Made by a program: the position numbers and the translations under genes. Shown here piece by piece: positions 41,944 through 52,222 of a stretch of 64,000 bases of DNA. Origin of the DNA: Terracidiphilus sp. Lineage in GTDB: Bacteria; Acidobacteriota; Terriglobia; Terriglobales; Acidobacteriaceae. The stretch lies in assembly GCA_049676965.1 (NCBI GenBank), contig JBAUBR010000097.1, positions 606 to 64,605 of the forward strand, given 5' to 3'. Position 1 is the first letter of the stretch. The number at the start of each line of letters is the position of its first letter. The notes below the pieces were generated by a model. That model was not told where the DNA came from. It ran no database searches and worked only from the letters and a program-made list of their open reading frames with translations.

Positions 41944-42150
41944 CTAATGCCGGCAGCCCATCTTCTTGAGGCGCATCGCCGCGTCTTTCAGTTGCCGCGC
42001 AGTTATGGATATGTCCTGGGAACTGGCAATCTTGCAGGCAGCCCTTGATATGGAACCGTACATGTCCTTGTCCGAATAAAGTCTCATCATGCAATCGGTC
42101 AACGCATCGATATTGTCAAACGGATAAACGAGGGCATTCTCGCCGGCACG
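41944..42150 (-). pseudogene. orphan 3'-end fragment (68 codons) of a glycosyltransferase gene
   Basis: It translates to RAGENALVYPFDNIDALTDCMMRLYSDKDMYGSISRAACKIASSQDISITARQLKDAAMRLKKMGCRH*. The last 68 aa of the GT at 43096-44424 (RAGENALVYPFGDIDALTDCMMRLYSDKDMYRSMS...) align with it. About 100 nt are roughly 90% identical at DNA level. Confidence 0.7.
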
Positions 42151-42173
42151 CGAAGGTGGTTTGCAGCGTCCAC

Positions 42174-43037
42174 TCAGGTCAGCGGTTGTATTTTGACGAC
42201 GCTATAGGGCGTCTGATGAATTCCAGTAATTGACGAGGTGTTTGGAAGGCGCTCCACGACCGCAATCGCAGCACGAGCGCGATCCAGGTAGGCTACATCG
42301 ACAGGCCACCGGAAAGTCCGCGCCCTTGACCGCCAGGAGATCTCCTTCTCACGTCTTAGTTCCTCGCTCAATACAAATTCGATTTTTGGGAACGCGCTTC
42401 CTCCATGGGCCATTTGGAGCGCCGGAATGACCGGAAAATCGTCGTCGAAAACCGCCATCCCGAAACCCCGCTCCTGTGCCTCCAACAAACGGCGAGCTTG
42501 ATCGACGTGGTCGTCAAAATAGACGAGAGTTCGCTGTCCGCTGCGTGCACCGAACTCAACTTCTGTCCAATCCTGTTGGCGGTATTGCACCCTCGGCGCT
42601 CGCCATCTGAGTGCTGAGAGATCGATATCGAAGCTCCACACCTCTGCGTTCAGCGCTCCGAACGAGAGGGCCCATGCGCTCGCACCCTCAAACGTTCCGC
42701 TGTCGACTACGACCGAGGGGTCGAACGCGCGCGCGAGGATCGACAGCCACAAGCAATTGTTGAACCGGCTCCCCTCGGGTTGTTCGCGAAATGGAGTCTT
42801 CATGTAAGCAAAGAAGAAGTCTCTGACCATAGCTTCGATATCGAAGCCAACCGCTTCGAAGCAGGCCTGCCCCTTTAGCCATTCATTCGCACAGGTCGCG
42901 AAATCGCGGAAGAGCCATTGCTGAACGGTCTCATTTAAGGGAAACTGTTCAAAATCCTTCTTGAGTACATGCAGGCGCATCCCGAATCGCGAAAGGACGC
43001 GATTGATTGACCTGAAGGTGGCCCGTTTAATCCCCAT
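42174..43037 (-). CDS. hypothetical protein, possibly a Rossmann-fold methyltransferase-like protein
   Basis: 287 aa. VVVDSGTFEGASAWAL is weakly reminiscent of a SAM-binding loop. The gene is bracketed by the duplicated GT 3' end. Confidence 0.55.
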   Translation of the reverse strand: MGIKRATFRSINRVLSRFGMRLHVLKKDFEQFPLNETVQQWLFRDFATCANEWLKGQACFEAVGFDIEAMVRDFFFAYMKTPFREQPEGSRFNNCLWLSILARAFDPSVVVDSGTFEGASAWALSFGALNAEVWSFDIDLSALRWRAPRVQYRQQDWTEVEFGARSGQRTLVYFDDHVDQARRLLEAQERGFGMAVFDDDFPVIPALQMAHGGSAFPKIEFVLSEELRREKEISWRSRARTFRWPVDVAYLDRARAAIAVVERLPNTSSITGIHQTPYSVVKIQPLT

Positions 43038-43095
43038 TGCGTTGAACCATGATGTTGAAGAAAGTTGCGCATCCAGAGTCTCGATGCCGCCAGTC

Positions 43096-44424
43096 CTATC
43101 GCCGGACGCCCATGTTTTTGAGGCGGACAGCGGCGTCCTTGAGCGCCAGAGCCGCTACCGCGATGTCCTGGGATTCCGCAATCCTGAGCGCCGCCCTGGA
43201 CATGGAACGGTACATGTCCTTGTCCGAATAAAGCCTCATCATGCAATCGGTCAACGCATCGATATCGCCAAACGGGTAAACGAGCGCATTCTCGCCGGCA
43301 CGCGCCGTATCGGACATCCCTATGCACCCTAGCCTGTCACTTACGATAGCAGGTAGGCCGAAGCAGCCCGCTTCAGGCAGGACAAGCGGATGGGGGTCAT
43401 ACGCCGATGGAACCACCAGCACTTCGGATGCCGCATAGTATTTTCCGATCGTGCTCTGGTTCACGAATCCCGCCAGGACCGCATTTTTAGAGCGGAACTC
43501 GCGTATCGATTCTTCCATCGAGTCCCGCTCGCTTCCTTCTCCTACAAAGAGCGCCCAAATTCTGGCTCCGCGTTCCCAGCACCGCCGAACGGCCTGCAAA
43601 AGGTGAATGGGCGATTTGCGCGTGGACAGCTTGCCGGAAAAAATGGCCACAAACGCATCATCCGGTATCCCATATTTGGCTCGGATCTCTCGGCGCGCAA
43701 CGGGGCGATCGCCTGCCGACTGCGTGAGCCGCTCCTGGTCAATGGTTAACGCCCCGGGAAACAGCCTGTCTTTTGTAAGCCCATAGCGGAGGTGATAGTC
43801 GTAGTTATTATCTCCGACGAAGCAGGCGCCATCCACCCGGCGATAAAACAATCCCACCACAATTGCCTTCACAAGTCTTTTCCAAAGGGGCACTCGCGCT
43901 GCTGCATTTGAGTCCGTGAAAAGCAACACCGGAATTCTGTGTCGGTGGCACCAGTCAACTGCTCGCCACATAGTTCGATGCGCGTAGCCGAAGACTTGCA
44001 CCACGTCAGGCTGAAAAATCTGGAGGGCAGCTCCAATGGAAGGGTTGTCGCATCCCGTAAATCCCAGCCACTTGGCATTCTCCTTGCCGGGAAGAAGCTC
44101 CGATGTGTAGCCATCGAGCAAGGGAATGTCCCATTTCAATTCAATACCGAATTCGCGGTCGAAATAAGACTGTGCACCCCAGTTAGCACAGAAGAACACC
44201 TTCAATTCAATCCCGCCAACAGACGCCAGCTTTCTATGAAGCGGGGCAAAATGTTGAATAGGATGGGTGACGACGACAGCAATTCGAATCGGCCGCTCCG
44301 CGACTCGTTCCTCTTGCGGGCGGTCACAGTGGCCGTCGAATGGGGTGCCGTTCTCGACGAGTGCACGGGGTTTATCGATCGCTTGTGCCGTCATTTCCGT
44401 CTTCATTTTCCGGCTCCTTTCCAC
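43096..44424 (-). CDS. glycosyltransferase family 1/4
   Basis: GT-B C-terminal domain with VVPSAYDPHPLVLPEAGCFGLPAIVSD. Confidence 0.85.
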   Translation of the reverse strand: MERSRKMKTEMTAQAIDKPRALVENGTPFDGHCDRPQEERVAERPIRIAVVVTHPIQHFAPLHRKLASVGGIELKVFFCANWGAQSYFDREFGIELKWDIPLLDGYTSELLPGKENAKWLGFTGCDNPSIGAALQIFQPDVVQVFGYAHRTMWRAVDWCHRHRIPVLLFTDSNAAARVPLWKRLVKAIVVGLFYRRVDGACFVGDNNYDYHLRYGLTKDRLFPGALTIDQERLTQSAGDRPVARREIRAKYGIPDDAFVAIFSGKLSTRKSPIHLLQAVRRCWERGARIWALFVGEGSERDSMEESIREFRSKNAVLAGFVNQSTIGKYYAASEVLVVPSAYDPHPLVLPEAGCFGLPAIVSDRLGCIGMSDTARAGENALVYPFGDIDALTDCMMRLYSDKDMYRSMSRAALRIAESQDIAVAALALKDAAVRLKNMGVRR

Positions 44425-44641
44425 AGCAATTCGGCGGGAGGTATTAGTAAAGACAGTTTGGCCGTTCGTAGATGCACCGCATGCCCAGCGCTCCCAGTGA
44501 ACTTGATCGTCTGCAGGTGTAAATGGGCAAATGTGGAAAATGCCTCAACTAGTCCTGCGCCGGACATGCCGCGAGGGTCCGATTCTTGGACCGAAGTCCG
44601 AGAGGATCCATGAGCATCGAAGGCGGGAAAGGTTTTTCGGT

Positions 44642-45511
44642 TTAGTGGGTCCATTCGTGCCGTCCGAAAATGTGCAAATTGCGGAAGCTTCGATGTATAA
44701 ATCCATGTCTGGATGTGGCATTCAATACAGCATTGAGGCATTCAGGTCCATGGACCTCAATCACCAGGAAACCTGTGCGCGAGAGCCATTGGTCCGCATC
44801 GAACGAAAACAATTCCAGCTCCGCGCCTTCAATGTCGCACTTGAAGATGTCCAGCCGGGGAAAGTCATATTTCTCCATCAGCTCGGGAATAGTCATGCCC
44901 AGGCAATCGCCGTCGCCGGTGTCCAGAACCTGTATAGCGTCCTTGGCCTGATCGCTCCGCAGCGACAATCTCGCTGGTCTGGGCCAGACCGCGGCCTGTA
45001 CGGGGATCGAACGCTCGCCATAGGGAACACAATTTCGCGAGAGTAACCTGAAGTTTTCCGGATCGGGCTCTACCGCGATCAATCGGGCTTTTGGGTAGCG
45101 AGTTAGCAACCAGGCAGCGGTGTCGCCCATATTCGCACCGGCATCGAAGACGAACTCTGCTTCGTATGGGGGAAGGTGCCTGCCATAGGTTTCTCTTACG
45201 ACAGTGTAGATAAATTCGTCCACGTCGCTGGTCCCAGAGCGAATGTAGAACGGGTGCGACAGATTCAAAGACGATATGGAAAACAAGTCAGCCGTGCGCT
45301 CGGCCGCATGGGACGCGCGCATCCGCCACAGCAGGCGGCTTTGCCTCCAACCGAGCGTCCGGAAGGCAAGGCTCCAATCAAGAGAGTGAGATAAAGCAGC
45401 ATACGTTCTCCGCGGCGCAATTGAACGTATCGAAGATCGCGCCATTTCGGAGAATGATCGCAGGGGCCTATCCATAGGCCAACGATAACCCGGAGGTAAA
45501 GATCGCGCCAC
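44642..45511 (-). CDS. FkbM-family SAM-dependent methyltransferase
   Basis: FVFDAGANMGDTAAWLL...LIAVEPDPENF...IFKCDIEGAELELF. Confidence 0.8.
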   Translation of the reverse strand: MARSLPPGYRWPMDRPLRSFSEMARSSIRSIAPRRTYAALSHSLDWSLAFRTLGWRQSRLLWRMRASHAAERTADLFSISSLNLSHPFYIRSGTSDVDEFIYTVVRETYGRHLPPYEAEFVFDAGANMGDTAAWLLTRYPKARLIAVEPDPENFRLLSRNCVPYGERSIPVQAAVWPRPARLSLRSDQAKDAIQVLDTGDGDCLGMTIPELMEKYDFPRLDIFKCDIEGAELELFSFDADQWLSRTGFLVIEVHGPECLNAVLNATSRHGFIHRSFRNLHIFGRHEWTH

Positions 45512-45543
45512 CCATCGGCCGGTATCTTGTCTTGTTCACGGTC

Positions 45544-46575
45544 CTAGTAGACTGCCGTAGCATAAATGCTGGCGGAAGTTGCTGCGGCTAGAATACCTTG
45601 TGTATTGATGAAGGCGGATTTGAGCTTGCTGTTTGGGACATACACAACGTCCGTGGCGTGTAGTTGTATGTCGGAGCGCTTGCCGCGCTGCATCTGATTG
45701 AGTGGCAGTTCAATTCTTACCGCACTTCCATCGGGCTCGCGGCGAAGGAGAAATATCGTTCCCACGGATGCCGACAGGGTGGTGCCGTCGGCGAGCGAGA
45801 TGGCCTCGAGCAGGGTCAGTGTGCCGTCTTCCTCCATCACATATCCTCCCGGCTTGAATACGGCTCCTAAAACGTAAACGATGCCCGCGCGCTTGACCTG
45901 CACGGTGTCGCCCGGGTGGACGATGGTGTCTTGCACAACTTTCGCGCTGGTGGCCTTGGAGAAGTGGATCGTTTCGGACTGTGGTGCCGTGCCGGTGTGG
46001 GATATCTGGATTTCATTGCCGGCCGCTACGGTAAGTCCTCCCGCAAGGGCCAGTACATCGGTAAGGCTCCGCGGAGCGAGCAGAGGGTATCTGCCTGGGA
46101 CAGTCACTTCCCCAAGGATCGCTACTTCGGACGCCGCATATTCGACGACTGTCAAATTGACCTGCGGGCTGTTGAGAATACCGTCTTTGAGCAATCGCTG
46201 TTGGATCTGCTCCCTTGCTTCAGAGGCCGTTTGGCCGTCCACGTGAATGGAACCGAGGATGGGGAGCGCCAGGTCGCCCCGCTGGTCGACCCGAAAATCC
46301 CCATCGAAGTCCGGATCGTCGAGGACATCCAGGGTGACAAGAAATCCCGGCGCAAGCTTGAGGTCGGCAAAATCCGGCGGTACGGCCGTAAGTTCGGGGT
46401 GCAACGCATTTGAAACGCCGGGCGGAACGCGATTGTTGCTTGGCAAGTTCGACGGAGGCTGATTCAAGTTTTGAGATGCAGGAGGCATTTGCTGGGCAAA
46501 GCTCCGCCCGGGGAAGGCGGCCGCAAGGACCAACATGACCAGCAAAAAATGAGTCGACTTATGCGCCATGTGCAT
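45544..46575 (-). CDS. wza: polysaccharide export protein (Wza-like, PES plus SLBB domains)
   Basis: Signal peptide. GDLALPILGSIHVDGQTASEAREQIQQRL..., followed by SLBB-like repeats. It overlaps the wzc stop. Confidence 0.85.
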   Translation of the reverse strand: MHMAHKSTHFLLVMLVLAAAFPGRSFAQQMPPASQNLNQPPSNLPSNNRVPPGVSNALHPELTAVPPDFADLKLAPGFLVTLDVLDDPDFDGDFRVDQRGDLALPILGSIHVDGQTASEAREQIQQRLLKDGILNSPQVNLTVVEYAASEVAILGEVTVPGRYPLLAPRSLTDVLALAGGLTVAAGNEIQISHTGTAPQSETIHFSKATSAKVVQDTIVHPGDTVQVKRAGIVYVLGAVFKPGGYVMEEDGTLTLLEAISLADGTTLSASVGTIFLLRREPDGSAVRIELPLNQMQRGKRSDIQLHATDVVYVPNSKLKSAFINTQGILAAATSASIYATAVY

Positions 46576-48931
46576 TCTTCTTCTCTCCCTTTTCCTTGTC
46601 CGTGTAGTAAGAGCCATAGCCATAGCCGGCTTCGCCGCTACTTACTCCGTTGACCACGAAACCGATAACTGGCATTTGATGGCGGTCAATCATTCCGTTC
46701 GCGCGGTTGAGATAGGGTCTGGTAACAACGCCGGCGCGCGAAATCCATACTACGGCATCAACCAGGGACGCTATGGAGATGGGATCTGCAACCAGCAATG
46801 CCGGAGGACTGTCGAGCAAAACGAGATCGTATTGTGCACGGAGCCTTTGAAGCAGCTCCGCGAAGGCCGAAGATCCTAGTAACTCCGACGGATTTGGCGG
46901 CTGCGGGCCCGCGGGCAGAATATCCAGCGTGGGCAATTGGATCCCGCGAACAATGGCGTCCTCTATTGACGCCGTCGCGGTAAGTACGTTGCTCAGACCG
47001 ACCTCGCTCGAAACATCCATCACGTGCGTCATTCGCGGCCTGCGCATATCGGCTTCCACGATAAGAACCTTTTTGTTGTGCTGCGCGAAGGCTGCGGCGA
47101 GGTTGGAAGTCACCGTTGTCTTGCCCTCGCCGGGAACGCAGCTGGTAATCAAGAGTGTTTTGGCGCCTCCGCCGGCGCGAGAAAGCATGATGGAAGTGCG
47201 CAGCGACCGGAAAGCCTCCGCGGCCACGGAGTCGGGATGAGCCAGCATCCAGACCTGCAATGTTCCCGGCGCCTCCTCCTCGGCAGATTTAGACAAGGGC
47301 CTTCGAAGATAGGCGCCATAGGATTTTCCCGATTTCATAAGGTCGGGAATGATACCAATTACTGGCCTGCCCGTGATCTCTTCCACCTCCTCCGGAGTGC
47401 TTACGGTGCGGTCGAGGCTGTCGACGGTGTATGCGGCGGCGAGCCCGGCGAAGATGCCAATCAGGACACCAAGTGCGAGATACATCACCGGCTTTGGCCG
47501 TATAGGCTCGGACTCGGTGCGTGCAGGAGATACAACGGTAATATTGGTTGCCTTGATCCCGGCGGAGATATTGGCTTCTTGTAGCTTGGTGTAAAGGTCC
47601 TCGTAGAGAAGCTTATGCGACATTGCTTCATCGCTCAACACCGCGAACTGGATGGCAACGTCGTTCAGTTTGCTCGCTGCGGCTTGCTGTTGGTCAAACC
47701 GGCGCCGGATCTCATCTTCGGTCTGCTTGGCCAGTTGGAAATCGGCCCGCGCACGTTTGGTGATTAGCTGCAATTCTTGTGTAATCTGATCGTTAACCGA
47801 TCCAATCTGGACTTCCAGATCTTTGAGGTGACGGTTATTCGGGCCGAAAGCATTCGATTCCTGCGCCAACTGGACTTTCAACAGGCCAAGTTGCGAGCGC
47901 AGATTCTGCAGATTCGAGAGCCCTCCACCCTCCGTGAGTACCATGGATTGTTCGGCCAGCGCGTTGCTTTGCAGGCCGAGAACCACGTCGGCATCGCCGC
48001 TCTGCGTGAGATGGTAGATTGCTTCTTTGCCGATGCGGTCTGCTTCCGCCTGGGTCAACTCATGGTTGAGTTCATCGAGCTTTTGGATGATCGGGCTATG
48101 AATCTCGGGGTTCCCGTTTCCAACTCCGCTGCTAAGTGGCTCATTGCCGAAGGTGCTGGCCGGCGCCGCCATATTGAAGCTGAGAATTCCGTTCGCCTTT
48201 TCGAAATCGGTCAGCTTCTTCTCGGCTTGTTCGACATTCGTCTTCAGGTCCGTCAACTGCGTTGTTAGCCAGCCCGAAGTTTCAGTTATGGCATCGTAAT
48301 GGGTTTGGCGGTAATTGCTTTTGTAGGCTTCGACCAATTGGTTTGCAACTTCGGCGGCTAAGTTCAGGTCATGGCTTGAAAAGCTAACTTGGATCAAGCG
48401 GGTGCCGCGCTCCGGTACCACTCTCAAATGACGACTGAATACCTTTAAAAGGCGGGTTCGGGTAACGGGCGCTTGTTCAAGGGGAAATCCTGCCTCGGCC
48501 TTTTCTTCTTTGCTAACGCTGCCAGTTAAAGCAAAAGGTGGTTTGGTAGCGAGATTAAGCTGCTCGATTACCGCGAGGGCCAGTGAATCGCCCTCCAGGA
48601 TTGCCGTTTCCGTCTGCAAATCGGTGAGCAGAGCCTCGTTGCCTCCGCCCAATGTCGAACTCAACTCCTCGCCGAGACCCAGATCCATGCCGGAGCCCTG
48701 CTTGTTCAGCTCAATCGTGGCGGTCGATTCATAAGTGGGCTTCATCAAAAGCGTAATGGCCAAGGCAAGCGACTCACAGACTACGATCGCGGCAATGATC
48801 CACTTGCGCCGCTTGCTAATCACGCGTATTAGCCCGTGCAGGGCATCTGAAGTTTGAAATTGTTGACCGGTCGCTGGCAAAGGCACGGCAGGCGCTTCAA
48901 CTCGAGCGTTAGCAGGTTGGTGATTGCTCAA
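46559..48931 (-). CDS. wzc: polysaccharide co-polymerase / tyrosine autokinase (Wzc/GumC-type)
   Basis: 790 aa with an N-terminal Wzz-like TM/coiled-coil region. Walker A GEGKTT, A' VLIVEADMRRP, B DLVLLDSPP, and a C-terminal Tyr cluster GYGYGSYY. Confidence 0.9.
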   Translation of the reverse strand: MSNHQPANARVEAPAVPLPATGQQFQTSDALHGLIRVISKRRKWIIAAIVVCESLALAITLLMKPTYESTATIELNKQGSGMDLGLGEELSSTLGGGNEALLTDLQTETAILEGDSLALAVIEQLNLATKPPFALTGSVSKEEKAEAGFPLEQAPVTRTRLLKVFSRHLRVVPERGTRLIQVSFSSHDLNLAAEVANQLVEAYKSNYRQTHYDAITETSGWLTTQLTDLKTNVEQAEKKLTDFEKANGILSFNMAAPASTFGNEPLSSGVGNGNPEIHSPIIQKLDELNHELTQAEADRIGKEAIYHLTQSGDADVVLGLQSNALAEQSMVLTEGGGLSNLQNLRSQLGLLKVQLAQESNAFGPNNRHLKDLEVQIGSVNDQITQELQLITKRARADFQLAKQTEDEIRRRFDQQQAAASKLNDVAIQFAVLSDEAMSHKLLYEDLYTKLQEANISAGIKATNITVVSPARTESEPIRPKPVMYLALGVLIGIFAGLAAAYTVDSLDRTVSTPEEVEEITGRPVIGIIPDLMKSGKSYGAYLRRPLSKSAEEEAPGTLQVWMLAHPDSVAAEAFRSLRTSIMLSRAGGGAKTLLITSCVPGEGKTTVTSNLAAAFAQHNKKVLIVEADMRRPRMTHVMDVSSEVGLSNVLTATASIEDAIVRGIQLPTLDILPAGPQPPNPSELLGSSAFAELLQRLRAQYDLVLLDSPPALLVADPISIASLVDAVVWISRAGVVTRPYLNRANGMIDRHQMPVIGFVVNGVSSGEAGYGYGSYYTDKEKGEKKNAHGA

Positions 48932-49220
48932 TGGGCGTCCTCTGATTTACGTCTCCCGTCGCATGACAGAAGCCGTGTATTCGATCCGACAGTTGGGATT
49001 GTCTTCCCCAAAATGAAGCCACACTTGGGGAGCGACTTGCCCAGCCACCCAACCCTCAAGCTTCGATTCTGCGATTCGCGATCGTTGGGCGGCGAAACGC
49101 TTCGCCGCCGGAAGGCTGAATTTTACGGCGTTTATTACATGACGTGAATTATTCGAAATCGCGATGGGTCGGCGCGATCCCCGCAGTGCCGGAGCCGGGT
49201 GCGGTCCATCAGCCGCGCAC

Positions 49221-51221
49221 TCAATTCATGCGGGTTGCCGAAACCAGCTTCTTCACCGGCACAGGGCCTTCAGTTTGTCCGGCAGGGATCTGCATCTTGG
49301 TAGGACCGGATTTATGGGTCGGCTCAGTGGATAAGGCAATCTTGAGCAGCTCCGAGCCAGGATTGTAATCGGGAATCAGCTCCTTCAGCAGCAGGACCAA
49401 AGCGGGAACGTCGTGAGCATTGACGATCTGCTGCAATTCCTGCATATATGCCTTGATCCGCCTGACATCCGGATCGTACGGCGATACATAGCTCCTGATC
49501 TGGGCGTGCGAAGTGGGAACGAGATGCTCGTCATGCAAATTCAGCTCTTCGAAAAGCTTTTCCCCCGGCCGCGGTCCGGTGAATTCGATTTTTATGTCGC
49601 GGTCCGGCTGGAGACCTGAAAGCAGGATAAGATCCCTTGCTAAGTCCACGATCTTGACCGACTCGCCCATCTCGAGAACAAAAACTTCTCCACCTTTGCC
49701 AATGGCGAAAGCCTGCAGTACAAGTTGCGCTGCCTCGGGAATGGTCATAAAGAAGCGGCGCATTTCAGGGTGCGTGACCGTGACCGGCCCCCCGGCGGCA
49801 ATCTGCTCTTTGAAGATCGGAACCACGCTGCCATTGCTTCCCAAAACATTACCGAAACGGACGGCAACGAACTTGGTGCCGCTCTCCATTTGCAAAGCGC
49901 GAATCACCAGCTCTGCTACCCGCTTTGTCGCGCCCATCACGCTGGTTGGGCGAACCGCCTTATCGGTCGAGATCATTACAAAGTCCTCGACCCCCTGGTT
50001 GGCCGCGGCGAGGGCCACGTGCCAGGTGCCGAAGATGTTATTCTCGACCGCGGCGAATACATGCCTTTCCATCATGGAAACGTGCTTATAGGCGGCGGCA
50101 TGATAGACAATCGACGGCTCATAGCGCTGCATCACGCGGCGCAGAGTATCGGGGCGCGAGATACTGCCAATCTCGGCATGAAATGCCAGATCCGGAAAGT
50201 TCTTTGCCAGCTCGCGCTCGATCTGGAAGAGAGGAGTTTCCGCATCGTCGAAGCCAACCACGGCCAGGGGATGGAATGGCGCGATTTGGCGGCATATCTC
50301 GGAACCGATCGAGCCTCCGGCGCCGGTCACCATCACGACCTTGCCTTGGATGCGCTCGCGGATCAGGTGCTGATCGAGCTGCACCGGCTTTCTGCCCAGC
50401 AGATCCTCGACAGCGACGTCGCGAATTTGCTTGCCCAGATCGGTCCCCTGAATGAGCTCGCCGAGGCTGGGCACCATCTTGTAGTCCACTCCCGCGTCGA
50501 TGGCGAACTTTAGAATGCGCACCATCTGCGGCCCCGTGGCAGAGGGAATGGCGATCAACACGCGTTTCACGCCGTGTTTGCGCGTCAACTCCCCGAGTTC
50601 CTCTCCCGTGCCAAGCACCGGCTTGCCGTCGAAGATCAAGCCCAGAGTCTGCGGGTTGTCGTCGATCAGGCCCACGACGTCGAACATCAGCGATGGATTT
50701 TGCCGCAACTCCCACAGCAGCGCCAGCCCGGCCGCTCCGGCGCCGTAAATCAGGGTTCTGGTGCGTGTGCCTTCGGCTTGCCGCTTCCTCCTGGCGGTGG
50801 CGAGCACGCGTGCGCCGAGCCGTCCTCCGAGGATGAGAAAGCAGGAGAGGATCCACTCCAAAACATATACCGAGCGCGGAACCGCCCACTCGCCGAGCAG
50901 GAAGAAGATCGCAAGTCCGCCCACGATCGATCCCGCCGTGTTGGCAAGAATGATCCGCTGGGCCTCATAGATGGAGGTATGGCGCCATTGTTCCTGGTTC
51001 ACCGAGCCTACGATGAACGCTGCTGTTTTGACCGTCACCCAAATGCACAGAGCTACCTCCATCGCGTGGAAATACCTGGCCGGCAAGTCGCCGTCGAACC
51101 GCAACCCGAATGCGAAAAATGCGGCAAGAGCAAAGAAAAGCAGGTTTTTGAGATATGCAAAGAGCCGGCGCGAGATGCGTCCCGAGCCAAAACGTCGACT
51201 CAGCAAACTTGGAGAGCTCAT
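49221..51221 (-). CDS. capD: membrane-anchored NDP-sugar 4,6-dehydratase (CapD/WbpM/PglF family)
   Basis: 666 aa with N-terminal TM helices and two Rossmann regions (TLIYGAGAAG and VMVTGAGGSIGSE). Confidence 0.92.
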   Translation of the reverse strand: MSSPSLLSRRFGSGRISRRLFAYLKNLLFFALAAFFAFGLRFDGDLPARYFHAMEVALCIWVTVKTAAFIVGSVNQEQWRHTSIYEAQRIILANTAGSIVGGLAIFFLLGEWAVPRSVYVLEWILSCFLILGGRLGARVLATARRKRQAEGTRTRTLIYGAGAAGLALLWELRQNPSLMFDVVGLIDDNPQTLGLIFDGKPVLGTGEELGELTRKHGVKRVLIAIPSATGPQMVRILKFAIDAGVDYKMVPSLGELIQGTDLGKQIRDVAVEDLLGRKPVQLDQHLIRERIQGKVVMVTGAGGSIGSEICRQIAPFHPLAVVGFDDAETPLFQIERELAKNFPDLAFHAEIGSISRPDTLRRVMQRYEPSIVYHAAAYKHVSMMERHVFAAVENNIFGTWHVALAAANQGVEDFVMISTDKAVRPTSVMGATKRVAELVIRALQMESGTKFVAVRFGNVLGSNGSVVPIFKEQIAAGGPVTVTHPEMRRFFMTIPEAAQLVLQAFAIGKGGEVFVLEMGESVKIVDLARDLILLSGLQPDRDIKIEFTGPRPGEKLFEELNLHDEHLVPTSHAQIRSYVSPYDPDVRRIKAYMQELQQIVNAHDVPALVLLLKELIPDYNPGSELLKIALSTEPTHKSGPTKMQIPAGQTEGPVPVKKLVSATRMN

Positions 51222-51327
51222 TTGATTCTCCCGGTTTCAGGTGTCAGTGCTGGTGCAGTTCAGTGCGAGATAGGAATCAAGGCCTTCGGAGAATTCCAAG
51301 GCGGATCCGGTTGCGGAACGAATCGGT

Positions 51328-51984
51328 TCAGAAGCTCGCTCTTTTGGTCCTTGTCGCCGGCCGTTGCAATGGCACTGGCCTTGGAGTCAGCACATCCAGC
51401 CAGAACTTGGTGTACGCGCTTGCCGCTTCCCGGCTTCCGGGGTAGGATAGCCGATCCCCGTCAATCAGTCTTGAAATCTCCGCATGAGTCATTACCGTGG
51501 TCACTAGCGCCGCTGTCACCATGGTCGGGTCCAGGTTGCGCACCCGCTCATTGGCGATGTTCATTTCCACGTAGCGGTTGATCGCGGAGAAGATCGGGGA
51601 GAGAAACTCCTGGCAGAAGGCCTCCGTTTTCCAGTGCAGCTCCAGAAACGCGACCGCAATCAGGCGCAGCAACTCGGGCTTGAAGATCACCGTGTCGACC
51701 AGCAGATCGATAATCTTCGGCAGAACGACTTCGGGATCGTCGCCCCCGGTGATTCCATCGAGCAGATCGCGGCGCAGTTTCAGCCCCGTCGAGCGCGACC
51801 GCAGGGCGGACCAGAACAGGTCCTCCTTGTGGTCGAAATGCCGGAACAGGGTGTTTTCGCTTACGTCGGCAAGGCGGGCGATCTCACGGGTGCTTGTTCC
51901 ATGATATCCCTGCCGGGCAAACAGTTGTGCCGCAGCCTGCAATATCTTGTCTGTCCGCTCTGAGTTCCTTGGCGCTAAAGGCAT
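51328..51984 (-). CDS. TetR-family transcriptional regulator
   Basis: ILQAAAQLFARQGYHGTSTREIARLADVSENTLFRHF. Confidence 0.88.
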   Translation of the reverse strand: MPLAPRNSERTDKILQAAAQLFARQGYHGTSTREIARLADVSENTLFRHFDHKEDLFWSALRSRSTGLKLRRDLLDGITGGDDPEVVLPKIIDLLVDTVIFKPELLRLIAVAFLELHWKTEAFCQEFLSPIFSAINRYVEMNIANERVRNLDPTMVTAALVTTVMTHAEISRLIDGDRLSYPGSREAASAYTKFWLDVLTPRPVPLQRPATRTKRASF

Positions 51985-52222
51985 TTGCCACTCTCGCTAT
52001 CGAAGGATGGGAAGGACGGAGTTTGCCGGAGGGAAGGATGTCTCGCCGGGCTTGCAAAGTGAAATGCCCGGATCCCGAATGGATTGTTGGCCAGGAATTA
52101 CGATGAGATCTCAGCGACCGCGGAGAATTCCGATGGGACCGGCCTGAAGAACACAAGTCTCGGCGGCCAAATCGGTCCTTCGGCAATCCCGGCTCTTTGC
52201 CCCGGCGGAGGGGTTTACTCTC

